A DNA stretch of 63,978 bases, filler included, from Octopus bimaculoides (taxonomy: Eukaryota), in the NCBI RefSeq assembly GCF_001194135.2. It is 4 parts of 4 records of this genome, joined end to end, with 100 filler letters (N's around TTAATTAATTAA, not from the genome) between each part and the next. Parts side by side here need not be neighbours in the genome. Positions count along the whole stretch, not along the records: positions 32,113 to 53,540 come from NC_068993.1; 3 more parts are not named here. One strand, 5' to 3'. The translations under genes were made by a program, and so were the position numbers. Below the pieces are notes generated by a model. It was not told the origin of the DNA. It worked only from the letters and a program-made list of their open reading frames with translations, and did no database searches. This document shows, in pieces, positions 37,112 to 49,760 of this stretch (position 1 is its first letter; every line of letters begins with the position of its first letter).

Positions 37112-37584
37112 ACAGTTCTATATTTAAGAGATGATGAATTATGTACATTATGTACACTATTTACATTATTTACATTTGACGGATATTTGTCTTCATCTTG
37201 TCTGTTGTTAATACAACGTTTCGGCTGGTATACCCTCCAGCCTTCATCAGGTGTCTTGGGGAAATTTCGAACCTGAGTTCTCATTGTTAAGGCATTTTGC
37301 GGTGTTGTTATGATTATTATTATAACAACAAACAAAATGAGGACACATATCACTCAAATGTAAATAATAGGAGGGTATTGTAGTTCGCTTGAAGCATTGT
37401 GTATTGTTTGTAAAGAATAAAAAGTTTTGAATGGTACAACAATGCACAATAATACACAAAAATGGACTATATACACGTTGTAATTTAGTTATCTATAGTC
37501 CCATGATATTTCGGAATAGAATTCCTTCTTCAGATATTCTTAGATGGAGTCGCTGCTATAATCTGTAAATAATGTAAATAATGG
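37112..37584 (-). mobile_element. Penelope-like (PLE) terminal fragment inserted in the Gypsy pol
   Basis: Flanked by 10-bp direct repeat AAATATATCT (37102-37111, 37585-37594). The Gypsy frame breaks at PTNIS and resumes at LQTYL..NYY. Internal inverted copy: 37164-37209 vs 37323-37368. Confidence 0.65.
37209..37257 (-). ncRNA. Minimal hammerhead-ribozyme-like motif (PLE type I)
   Basis: Minus strand AAGACAC-CUGAUGA-AGGCUGG(AGGGUAUA)CCAGCC-GAAAC-GUU-GUAUU: intact core boxes, 6-bp stem II, palindromic AACGUU in place of stem III. Confidence 0.55.
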
Positions 37585-38885
37585 AAATATATCTTCCTTA
37601 CAAACTTATTTGTGACTTGAAAACTATTACCAAAAATTATATACGAAATATGCATAAGGTAAGATCTCCGCTAAATAATCTACTAACAAAAAGATGTAAA
37701 GTAGAATTAGTCTGTAAATTGTCAGAAGGAGTTTGACGAAGTTAAAAAAATTAACAACTGAGGTTGTAATAGCGTCAGACGCCTCTGAGTACGGCATCGG
37801 AGCAGTAATGCTACATAAATATTAAGATGGTAACATGAAGCCCGCAGTTTATGCCTCACGTTCTCTGATATCAACAGAAAGAAATTAATGCCAAATTGAA
37901 AGAGAAGCTCTTGCGATAATTTTTGCCGTAAAAAAAAAAACTTTCATAGATTTTTACACGGTAGAAAATTTAGACTACATCATTGTATGTTATTATCTAT
38001 AAATGGGCCAAAGAAAGGAATCGTCTGTTATTATCTATATATGGGTCGAAGAAAGCAATCTTTACCCATAATGCTAATATTTTGTAACGCTGGGGTACTA
38101 TATTACTAAACCATGATTTTAAGGTGGAGTTTATACCATCTAAGAAATTAGGACACGCTGATTGTCTATCAAGACTGATTTCGAAAAGTACTGAAGCGTT
38201 TGAAGATACCGTGATTGCTGCGTTGTGAGCGAAACAATGTTTTGCATAATATTATACGTGAACTATCAGTTACATTACAAGACATAAAATTAAAATCGGA
38301 AAACAACCAATTCATTAAAAATAAGTGAAAGAAATGCTGAGGGTTAAAGCGATAAAAATATCGTTTTTCTGAACGCCACACAAATTCGAACCTGCTCTCG
38401 ATTTGTGATAATGTGTTGATGAACGCACAAAGTGTCGTAGTGCCAGCCGCACTTGTTTGTTAGGAAGATCAGATCTATCTTTGATAAGTTGATACCGTGT
38501 AAAAATAGAAACATGGCGAAGAACAAATATACATCAAATTCTTCAAGTTAGGCGACAAAGTTTTTTAAATTGTATGGATATGGTAAAGAAAGCTGGGAGA
38601 ACAGTGTAAACAAACTGGAGAAATGTTATTCTTGGTAAAATGAAAAGCATTCGAACATAAATGACATATAAACCAACTTTAAAAAAGATGTACGGAAGAA
38701 ATAGTCACCGGAGATGAAATCCCCATGGAAGTATTTTACGATAAGTTTGAAGTGCCAACAGCCGAACAAATTGAAACTACACGTTCAAGTACACAAAAAG
38801 GTAAAGAACGGAAGAATTAGAATTAAACCCTAAGCGTAAGAGATATTAAAACTCTGGACGGAGGTAAATTCTCAAAAAGGGGAGA

Positions 38886-39186
38886 AGTTATGGAAGGATC
38901 CTGACCACTACTACGTGACTAAAAGTGGACTGATGAATTTCAAAAAAAAAAAAAAAAACCGTCTAGTTGACAGTCGGCAGTTGATAGTTAGCAGTTGACG
39001 GCGTTGGTCGTCCGTATCGGATTACTGTGTTAGTTTGACATCGTACCTACGTTTGGCGGAGTACGGAGTACGTTCTGCGTGAACATATTAAGTCAGCGAA
39101 AGGTTATTCTAGATAACCATATCCAAATATTTATTTGGGTAATACTATTCCTACACCCTTGTGCACACCCCAACGTTGACATAACT
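38886..39186 (+). repeat. LTR (about 300 bp)
   Basis: Terminal inverted GTTATG...CATAAC; 39075-39122 matches 35616-35662 at about 85%. Confidence 0.75.
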
Positions 39187-39980
39187 TTACTGGTGACGAG
39201 ATATTCAATCTCCACGAAGACAAAGCAAACATTTTAACACTGAAGACTTCCAAACACGTATGCTTAAGATTTCATTTGTTTATGTGAATTTATTACAATT
39301 TATATTTTCAAGTCACAATTGTCGTGGTTGTCATCGTCACTGTCGTTGTTATTGATGCTGTTGCTGCTGATGATGACGATGTTGTTTGTGTTGTGCAGTT
39401 AATTGTTTCGCTCAAGTGTGGGCTAATAATAGCGATAGAATATCTGACATCAGCAAGGCTTTAAAAACATTCAGAAACTTCCTGTCAACGAGAGTCTAGA
39501 AAGCAATAAAGAAAACACTATTGAAATACGTTCTTGTAAAATCCCTTCTCAGTTCCCGGAAACTGCCATGGCAACTAGTGAGCTACACTTTATAACTGAT
39601 GTCCATACTGATGCTATGCTCGTGTGTGTGTTTCTCTATACATGCGTGTTCTTGAGCGTGCGTGTTAGTGTGCATGTGCATCTGTGTGTGTGTGCATGTA
39701 CACACACACATATACACGCACACAGTTACTCACACGCACACATACACTCACACACATACACATACACATCTATATATTTATAAAGAGTGAGCGACAAAGA
39801 CGGAGAGGGAGAGAGATAAAGAGAGAGAGAGAGAGAGTGTGTGTGTTTATTCAACAGTATGAAATAAAACTGAATATTTAGAACGATTTTAAATGAAGCT
39901 TCCCTCTCTGAGAACAAAATTCCCACGCAAATAAATTGCATGTGTATGTGCATGTAAACACGCACGCACACATACACGCA

Positions 39981-40057
<77 letters not shown>

Positions 40058-40189
40058 GTATATGATTAGTTCTCTCTCTCCCCACACATATACCTACCTA
40101 CATACATACATACCCATATACATACATACATACGTGCATAAATGTTGTTATATTGTTGTAAAAAAGGGGAAAACTATAAACCAGACTAG

Positions 40190-40750
40190 TAACGTCTCCA
40201 TCAATGATTTGACTGTTTCCCCTGTATCTGACGAGGAATGTTACAGGTATCTAGGGGTGGCTGAATATATATCTTAAAATGACACCTGTAACAAAACACG
40301 TGTCACTAAAGAATATTACAGCCGAATAAAGAAAATTTGAACCTTAGAACTCTCTACATTCAATAAAACAGTGGCCCACAATGTGTCTGCAGTGTCAGTA
40401 CTTATACCAACATTTGGGCTGCTTGATTGGACGCTTGATGAAATCCGAGTCATTGATGTGAAAACCCGAAAAATACCAACAAGCACACATAATTGCCATA
40501 TAAACAGTGAGGTAGACCGCTACGACTTAAAAAGAAAACAAAGCGGAAGTGGCTTAACATCGATCCAAAATGCCTTGAATGACGCACCATATCCCTTCGG
40601 CAACATCTTTTAAGCAGCAAGTGACGAAGTGGTTCCCTTAACCAAGTTCGCATACATGAGTCTGATAACATTAAAAGACTAGGAAGGCAACTCCTTGAGC
40701 AACACTCTTTGTCTGATAATACTGGTCAACAATCAAAACGCTTCTGAGAG
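40190..40750 (+). mobile_element. R4/Dong-clade LINE fragment (decayed)
   Basis: YRYLG...EYYSRIKKI*TLELSTFNKTVAHN...FGLLDWTLDEIRVIDVKTRK...VDRY. Confidence 0.8.
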
Positions 40751-40774
40751 CTGAGTAGCAATTTCTAACTAATT

Positions 40775-42440
40775 TTAGGTGACTGAAAATGAACATCATG
40801 GCTAAAACTCTTTGTTAGCTCCACTTTTCAAGATACACGTATGTGTCACAACAGGTTCCAACTGGTTTGCAGCAATGTGTTTCTTTCCACATTCACAGTC
40901 CCACTGCATTTCAGTATTGTCCCAGCAGTCATAGGAGGTGGTTGTGCTGTGCAAGTTTATGTATTGAGGTAAAAGGTAGGTGAGTTTTCTAGTCAAATTC
41001 TTTTAAAACTTATAATACATATTCATTGAGCAAGCTATTGACATGCATGCAAAGCATTCTATAGTAATTCTGTTTTCTTACTTAATGATATAAATATTTC
41101 TGCAAAGTTATGCTCTGTATTTTTATAATGATGAATTTATGAATGAATTTTCTGTTTATCTTCTAATTGTTTGTTGCTCTTTTTTTCTTTCAGATGTCTT
41201 TCACTTCTGTGAATAAGGCAGACAACTTCTGTTACATTTGTGGTGAGGTGACTTTGCATCACAGAAGTACCGAATAAATGTTATCGTTAGAAAGGCATAT
41301 CACCTATATTTTGGATGCAAGATTGGCGACCAGGACAAGAAGTGAGCTACTCACATATGCCGCAACACTTGTGCAACTAACCTTCCCCAGTGGTTGAAAA
41401 GGAAGAGGAAAAGAATGCTTTTGATGTGTAATAACGTGGCGGGACCAAAAGGCCATACCAACAATTGGTATTTCTGCATGGTATTTCCAGTAAAAAAGGA
41501 GTTGTCAAAAAAGAAAAGGAGTCCATTGAATATCCAAACATTCCATCAGCTATTCGCCCAGTTCCTCATGGAGACGGTCTACTTCTACCTGATACATCAA
41601 CGTTGGTATCCTTCGAGTCAGATGAAGAAAATGGTGAGGAGGAAGCAGAGAAGGATGACATTGCTAGATTACAGAGTGGCCCAAATTTTGATAAAGCACC
41701 CTCCTCTAGAACACATCTCATAAAACAAGGTGAACTCCATGACTTTGTCAGGGATCTACAACTGCCTAAGAATAAGGCAGAGCTGCTAGGCTCTTGTCTT
41801 CCACAGTGGAATCTCCTTGTAGCTGACGTGAAGAGTTTCATGACCGTCATCAGCAGTTCAGCAATTTCTTCATGTTGGCATGGAATTTATTGGTCTGCAA
41901 GAGTATTAATTATATGATGGAAGCACTTGGTATTGAGTACGAACCCAGTAATTGGAGGCTGTTCATAGATTCATTAAAAGCCAATCTGAAATGTGGCTGG
42001 CTTCATAATGACAATAGTGAACCATCAGTTCCTGTCTGCTATGCATCACATATGAAAGAAACTTAGGAGAATATAAGCATGCGTTGAAATGCATAAAATA
42101 TGATGAACATCAGTGGCAGCTCTGTGGTGACTTAAAGGTTGTTGCTCATGTGATGGGTTTGCATAGTGGATACATCAAATACTGCTGCTTTCAGAGTGAA
42201 TGGGACAGCCGTGCAAGAAAGACTGACCACTTCATCACTCATTGGAGCCTGGGATTCATAATCTACCTGGTGTTTAGCATCCACCTCTCACTGGACCAAA
42301 CAAAATTTTGCTACCATCACTACACATAAAACTAGGGCTCATGAAAACTTTGTAAAAGCTATGGACAAATTTTGTCAGTGATTCAAGTATTTAACACCAA
42401 ACCTCCCCTAACTTAGCGACGTTAAAGTAAAACATTTTTA
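40775..42440 (+). mobile_element. CMC/Chapaev3-like DNA transposon, transposase pseudogene (41194-42440)
   Basis: DNFCYICGE, YFGCKIGDQDK, YFCM, YPNIPSAIRPVPH, LIKQGELHDFVRDLQLPKNKAELLGS, WRLFIDS, WQLCGDLKVV, YCCF..EWDSRAR; several stops and frameshifts; TIRs not identified. Confidence 0.78.
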
Positions 42441-43217
42441 ACAAAAGAGATGTAAGTTTGCACTATAGTTTATATGAGATGAGCAGTCTCCTCTCTGCCT
42501 TCACCCATTAATAACTTCATCAAAACAAGTGATGATTCTTCTTTCTATAATATGAGGTGAGCAAAAGATGCAATGCTTAAACTTACACAAAAGAGATACG
42601 TTTGTGAAAGAGTTTCGATCTTTTTCGCTATTATCTAAATGCCAATATATGCAGTTGAGATGTGACTAAAATATTCTCTTATTAATCGCAGCTCTCTATC
42701 ATCTCAAATATTTTTATTTTCCGTTTAATTTTCCTTTCGTTCTGCTAATTTTTGTTGCTGCATTGCCTGCTACTTACCTGAAATAATAAAGATGCTTGTG
42801 TCTTTGTTTAGCCTCTTTCATCGGTCTTACATATTTTGGTTCCAAACTTTCCTTTAACAACAGAAGCCTGTAATATATTCAGTCTTGTTTTGTTGAATCT
42901 TAATATCTAGGCAAATAAATCAACGCTTTAATGTCTGAATAGCTTAGATATAGTTTTCTGAGTTGATATATTTCTTTTCATTACTATCCCCAAATAAAAC
43001 TGTAAAATTATATATGCTATAGCTCTTGCATANNNNNNNNNNNNNNNNNNNNNNNNNNNNNNNNNNNNNNNNNNNNNNNNNNNNNNNNNNNNNNNNNNNN
43101 NNNNNNNNNNNNNNNNNNNNNNNNNNNNNNNNNNNNNNNNNNNNNNNNNNNNNNNNNNNNNNNNNNNNNNNNNNNNNNNNNNNNNNNNNNNNNNNNNNNN
43201 NNNNNNNNNNNNNNNNN

Positions 43218-43252
<35 letters not shown>

Positions 43253-43298
43253 TATATACATATATATATTTTATTGCTCTTATATATATATTTTATAG

Positions 43299-43330
<32 letters not shown>

Positions 43331-43640
43331 CACGTAAATGTTAAACAACAAGAACGAGTGCTCAGTACCGCATTGGTGGACAAGATTCTTTATATGTGTA
43401 TTAAACTTACCATTGGTTTCATGTTAAGAAAATATCTTACCAAGTTTTCAAGCACATACACACACATACACGTGCACGCGCGCACACACACACACGCACG
43501 TAGACACACATGCGCGCATGCACACACGTATGTATATATATATAGACATGCATGCTTATGCATAATTCACAAAGATATATCTCGATATACAAATGTATGT
43601 GTGTGTATATATACATACACATATATCTGTAGGAGGTGTA

Positions 43641-44010
43641 TAGGCGCAGGAGTGGTTGTGTGGTAAGTAGCTTACTTAACAGCCACATGATTTCCAGGTT
43701 CAGTCCCACAGCATTGCACCCTGGGAAAGTGTCTTCTACTATAGCTTCGAGACAACCAAAGACTTGTTAGTGGATTTGGTAGACTGAAACTGAAAGAAGC
43801 CTGTCGTATATATATAAGTATATGTTGTCCTCCCAACATCGTCTGACAACCGATATGTGTGTGATTATGTCCCCGTAGCTTCGTGTTTCGGCAACAGACA
43901 CCGATAGAATAATTACTAGGCTTACAAAGAATAAGTCCTGGGGTTGATTTGCTCGACTACAGGCGGTGCTCCAGCATGGTGGCTGTCAAATGACTGAAAC
44001 AGATAAAAGA
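43641..44010 (+). mobile_element. SINE family B copy
   Basis: AGGCGCAGGAGTGGTTGTGTGGTAAGTAGC...ATGACTGAAACAGATAAAAGA. Confidence 0.8.
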
Positions 44011-44864
44011 ATATATATATATACATATATTCCATACAAACCCGCACACACACAAACACACACACACACACACACACTCGCGCACACACGGACACACCCA
44101 AATACCTTCCAGACAAAGAATCTGGGTGACAGAAAAATGACATTGTGACTCCTATAACATATTGATATTGCAGCGACTATTTCCCTATGAATAGACTCTC
44201 TTGACAAACAAAGATTATAATCTACTAAGAAGTAATTATTGCGTCATTTCAAATCATTCCCAACTGCTATCATTTCAGATGAAAATAACTGTATAGAGAT
44301 GAGCATGATCTATCATGTCATCGTCCGTAAAGAAAGTTTATTTTATTGATCGCCCTACGAACGGTTTACCGTTACAAAAATCTTTCTTTTTCAAAGCAAA
44401 CCCAAATGTTTCTAGCAAATGAAAAGTGCAGTTATAGATAATATCCAACTGCAGCTTGAAATAAGAATGTTCCATGGTAATCCATGCCAAGAAATAGTTG
44501 AAGTTACCAGTTCGAGTTTTGAAAACTGGAAATATCATCGAACATGAAATATCAGCGAACATCCACCAACTCAGTCTGTGGAACCATTACTCAATATAAT
44601 GATCAACATGCTTGGTTATTCTAGAAACAGCTGTAAGACATTCTGTATCCCTATAATCTCTATCTAAATTAAATATCAATTTCAAGCGATGCCAAACAGT
44701 TTGCCTTTTTCTTTTTTTCCTCAATCTTTATCTACCTGCTCAAGGAGAAACTACCAATAGCTGCTTCTGATAGACGATTTCAACATCACTCATTTCAAGC
44801 CGGAGTTTCAATGGTAAACAAAACAAACCACTCCTAATACGTTCCTATTACCTGAAGTCTTTAC

Positions 44865-44908
<44 letters not shown>

Positions 44909-44911
<3 letters not shown>

Positions 44912-46940
44912 GCACGTGCCGTCAGTAATTTCTCAGGGTAGGCAGTTGGTGACATTTATGTAGTAAACTATCATCAAAAGATTTGTCAGTATATAGAAGG
45001 ATAAAATATTCAATAGTTTACTTCCCAATTATATTAGCCTATTTGTACAGGAAATCCATTCTTCTCTTTTTCTTTGTAGCAAAAATATCAATCACTTTTT
45101 CGTAGAAATTGAAAGTAGGGTCTTTCCCCATTTTCTTAAGTCCTTCCTTTTCAATGGATATTAAAGCAAGTAACGAAATTCTTTGATTTGTCATTCTGTT
45201 CCTAGTGTCGGTCTTAATTCTTTTGAAAGCAGAAAACGACCTCTCCACAGAAACAATTATAGCAGGAAGTGTTAAGATTAATTACAGCAACTCCACAGCT
45301 TCGAGGAACGTTTAGGTCAATTTATTTCCAAATATAGAACCAGGCAAAGTTTTAACGGATTTATCTCGAAACACTCTTGCATTGTAAATTCCAGCTAAAT
45401 CCGCTTTCAGTCTTATGTCGTCGTAAAAGTTTTCATCGTTCTTTTCTAAACTTTCAAATGCATCCTTATCAACTTGGCAAGCAAGATCTTGAAATTTATT
45501 TTTATGAACTAATGAAATGAACCTTTAAGTTTTTGAAATCAGCAAATCATGCTTTCATGTTCATCAGTATGTCATCCAAAATTACTCCAAATATTCCCAT
45601 TCCTTCTTCTTTAATTAAAGCTTTCGTATGAGACTTTGATTTAATTAAGTTATTTTCTCTGCAACATTCTTCAAACTTTACATACAAATCCTCGAAATTT
45701 TGTGTAGATTCTCAAATAAATTTATTATCCCATTAATCCACTTAATGCAGTATGAAATGTTTATCATTTTGGTTTGTATGATATTAAAACGAGTGTCAGT
45801 TTTAATGAAAATTTCATTATAAACCATCAGAAAAAAGTATGTTGAGTCTTTTGTTAGGCACTCATAAAACCCTTGCTTCGCACTAAAGTATATGGATCCC
45901 ACAACATAGGATTATTGTTCATACTGTTGAAGAGTTTGCAAAGGCCACCATGGTATTGTAAAATAGTCGGGATTAATTTTGAATTCGAACTCCATCTCGT
46001 TGGAATGCATTTTCTCACTATCTCATCAAGACATTGCGTTTGCTTTGTAGAGTGATGGAAAAATGAGGCAAGTGCCTCACTGGTCTTGAAAAGGCTTGTA
46101 CATTCAGGATTGAATTTTGCTGACTGAGAACAAGATTTAGCTTATGAGCATAGCAGTGAATAGATAAAGCTACTGATGCCTTTTCTCTTACTTCAAATTG
46201 AACACCATTTAAATTGGATGCCATCACTATTGCCCCATCGTACGTCTGTGATACAAGTTTCTCACAACAGTCGTATTTATCCAAATTTTTAAATATACGC
46301 TCTGTTACACCTCCAACAGTTTTATCCTTAGGAATGTGAAATCCTATAAATATTTCTTTGATATCAGAGTCCAACACGTTTCTAAATACTGTAGAACACT
46401 GAGTTGTACATGAAATATCAGTCGTTTTATCCACTTCTATGGCAATGAACGAGGCTTGCGCGACTTGTTTAATATTATTTTCTATGATCGTGCCTACTGC
46501 TTCTATCAAGTCATTTTGTATTTTATTAGAGAGGCCAGAAAAAATAAACATATGAATTCTGTAAATTTTGTGCCAATTTCTCATCCAATCTTGCAGTATA
46601 GTTCAGTAACTCAACATAGCTTCCACAATTTAACGATGATTTCTGTTCATTATCTCCGCAAAAAGTAAGTTCGTGTTTAATCAAGAAACGAGTAGCAGAA
46701 ATCATTTTTGAAAATATATCTCTGTGCTATTTAACTTTTTTATTGTGAACTTCAATGCTGACAGACTTCTGTTTATTTAAAAGAGTAAGTCGATTTGTGT
46801 AGTTCATAATATGTTCAATATTTGGCTTTCATAATGTGTAGCTGATCGTTCATGTTTACTTAAAGGATTGGGCAAATTATTTAAACCACAATATTCTCCT
46901 TTTACCCACACACTTACACTAGATACAGAAAATAGCAAAC
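44909..46940 (-). mobile_element. hAT (Tip100/ZMYM1-like) transposase pseudogene, 5'-truncated
   Basis: CLLFS..VW.KG..LSKHERSATH, SNKIQNDLI, DKTTDIS, SQTYDGA, HCYAHKLNLVLS, ERSFSAFKRIKT..LLALISIE; terminus CAGGCACGTGCC at 44909. Confidence 0.85.
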
Positions 46941-47881
46941 ATCTCCTCCAGCTGGCTTATCGACACACTACTGTGTCCTGTTTGCCAATAGAAGTTATCC
47001 CTCTCACCATGATCTGTAGCATGAACGGATCCGGATTTCAGCTGGCTTATCGATAAGCCAGCTGGAGGAGATGTCCTCCTGGGGCTAAAAGCAACAGTAA
47101 CATCCACCCCTAGGGGTCAACCACACTTAAGTGGCAATATACTACACTTTATCGTGCAGTTACTGTTAATACTTCATTTAGAGAATTAACATTGCTTATA
47201 TATATATATATATAAAGAANNNNNNNNNNNNNNNNNNNNNNNNNNNNNNNNNNNNNNNNNNNNNNNNNNNNNNNNNNNNNNNNNNNNNNNNNNNNNNNNN
47301 NNNNNNNNNNNNNNNNNNNNNNNNNNNNNNNNNNNNNNNNNNNNNNNNNNNNNNNNNNNNNNNNNNNNNNNNNNNNNNNNNNNNNNNNNNNNNNNNNNNN
47401 NNNNNNNNNNNNNNNNNNNNNNNNNNNNNNNNNNNNNNNNNNNNNNNNNNNNNNNNNNNNNNNNNNNNNNNNNNNNNNNNNNNNNNNNNNNNNNNNNNNN
47501 NNNNNNNNNNNNNNNNNNNNNNNNNNNNNNNNNNNNNNNNNNNNNNNNNNNNNNNNNNNNNNNNNNNNNNNNNNNNNNNNNNNNNNNNNNNNNNNNNNAA
47601 ACATCTCCTCCAGCTGGCTTATCGACACACTACTGTGTCCTGTTTGCCAATAGAAGTTATCCCTCTCACCATGATCTGTAGCATGAACGGATCCGGATTT
47701 CAGCTGGCTTATCGATAAGCCAGCTGGAGGAGATGTCCTCCTGGGGCTAAAAGCAACAGTAACATCCACCCCTAGGGGTCAGCCACACTTAAGTGGCAAT
47801 ATACTACACTTTATCGTGCAGTTACTGTTAATACTTCATTTAGAGAATTAACATTGCTTATATATATATATATATAAAGAA
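46937..47881. repeat. 283-bp direct duplication flanking an N gap
   Basis: 46937-47219 and 47599-47881 differ at one visible base (GGTCAACC vs GGTCAGCC). Confidence 0.9.
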
Positions 47882-49411
47882 AATGAGATAAGGTAGAAAA
47901 TGCTAAAACAATTTTAACATTAAGAACATGTTAATACTAGTTTCAGTCTTTGCGACTTTTTCAACTTAGAGTAAAGCATGAAAAAGATTAAATTGTGGAA
48001 AGATTAAATGAATGGCTTCTTAAAAAGTATTCCCATAGTTTTCAACTTCTTTTTTCCTGCCTGTCTCTGTGTCTCTTTTTGTTTTACTCTTGTGAGGGTT
48101 TGGTAGCAGGTAGAAAGTAATAGCAATCCTAATATTTGATGAGTTCTTGGTTTTGATTGTTTAAGCAGCAGTAGTAGCTGAGGAAGGAGGTGACGGCGGC
48201 GGTGAAGAGGAAGAAGAAGAAGAAGAAGAAGAAGAAGAAGAGGGGGAGGAGAAAGAATAATAAAAATGGTATGACAGTAGTAAGATGTTGGTGGAATCTT
48301 CTTAAACGGTCAAATGACGTAAAAGTGACCTGTTGTGGTTGTAATTGTAGTGATTTTAATTGTTCTGAATAAATTCATGGGTAGTGACAGTACTGAATAT
48401 ATCGCATTTAATATTTGTGTGGGTATATTCCTAAGGCCCTTGTTATAGTGCCATTTGTGGTGGATGCATTCAAAAGGGGTTTATATTTTGTGATAAAATA
48501 TGACTCTTTGCTAATGCACTGACTAGAGGTTGCATCGTCAGTGGGGAGAAAAATTGTGAAGCTGGGTTATTTTTCTGCAATATTTGGATAATTTATCCTG
48601 TTCATGCTATTTCATTAGCATTATAACACTTTTGAGAATAAATTATTTCTGTATCTTTATATATATATTTCAGGTGTATTCCGTTAGGAATGTAACAGAG
48701 TATAAAATAGAGCTCCTTCACCCTTAGAATTACCAAATAGCCGGTAGTATTATGATATACTTCCAAATCAATAAGGAGTGCAGTTAGACAGTTATTGTAT
48801 AATCACTACACATACAACATAGGTCTTCATATATACAGGAATTTAATTATGCAACGGCTTACTTTAAAATGGGATCTTGTATTTCTTCAGGTGATAAACA
48901 ATTGCTGTGGCTGTAGTTACAAAACCTTCGACTTCGATGCTAACACATCCAACTCAGTGATTATAAAGTAGCTGTCTAACCGTTCTCCTTCTTATTGATT
49001 CTATCTTATTCAATTAAATCATATATANNNNNNNNNNNNNNNNNNNNNNNNNNNNNNNNNNNNNNNNNNNNNNNNATATATATATATATATATACGTGTG
49101 TGTAGATAGATCAATAAGTATCTAAAATTCGTACTTAGACTGATTTTTCACGTTTTATTTTTGCATTTTATATCTTTTTCAATTTTACAAATTTGCAATG
49201 TAACATACTTTAATATTCTTTTGTACTCTAGGCACAAAACCCGAAATCTTTTGTGCGGCTTGCTAACGTTTCTGCCAGCACGCCGTCTTAATATATTTTA
49301 ATATTACAAGTATGTCATGCTTTACACAATACTCAGGATTATGTACTAACATAAATAACCGACTGCTTCAAATTTGACAAGCGTAATGAAATGACTGTAC
49401 AACTTGTAAAA

Positions 49412-49760
49412 CTTCCGGGTTCAGTCCCACTGCGTGGCACCTTGGGCAAGTGCATTCTACTATAGCCTCGGGCCGACCAAAGCCTTGTGAGTGGATTTGG
49501 TAAACGAAAACTGAAAGAAGCCCGTCGTATATATGTATATATATATATATATATATGTATGTGTATGTGTTTGTCCCCCCAACATCGCTTGACAACCGAT
49601 GCTGGTGTGTTTACGTCCCCGTAACTTAGTGGTTCGGCAAAAAGAGACCGATAGCATAAGTACTAGGCTTACGAAGAATAGTCCTGGGGTCAATTTTCTC
49701 GACTAAAGGCGGTGCCCCAGTATGACCGCAGTCAAATAACTGAAACAAGTAAAAGAGTAA
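49412..49760 (+). mobile_element. SINE family B copy (5'-truncated)
   Basis: CCGGGTTCAGTCCCACTGCGTGGCACCTTGGGCAAGT...GAAACAAGTAAAAGAG. Confidence 0.85.

Larger units (their letters stand above)
35616..39300 (+). mobile_element. Decayed Ty3/Gypsy LTR retrotransposon (K02A2.6-like)
   Basis: 5' LTR remnant 35616-35662; Zn-knuckle CFGCG/CFKCG; protease LQLDAGS; RT LFSKLDLSDAYLQI and AYLD; RNase H IASDASEYGIGAV and IEREALAIIFAVKK; PPT 38874-38886; LTR 38886-39186 with GTTATG/CATAAC ends. Confidence 0.9.

Noticed and set aside
41194-41230. SFTSVN after a splice acceptor, resembling the next expected CFAP47 exon
   Set aside because: The required phase hits a stop, and the open frame is the Chapaev3-like transposase N-terminus.
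47025-47065. CAGCTGGCTTATCGA and GGATCC cluster resembling a vector polylinker
   Set aside because: No T7 promoter or other vector sequence follows, and the flank resembles a genomic repeat also seen near 29930. A UniVec screen would settle it.
48400-48620. Minus-strand FTIFLPTDDA resembling a fasciclin motif
   Set aside because: The frame is flanked by stops and has no splice signals; likely chance.
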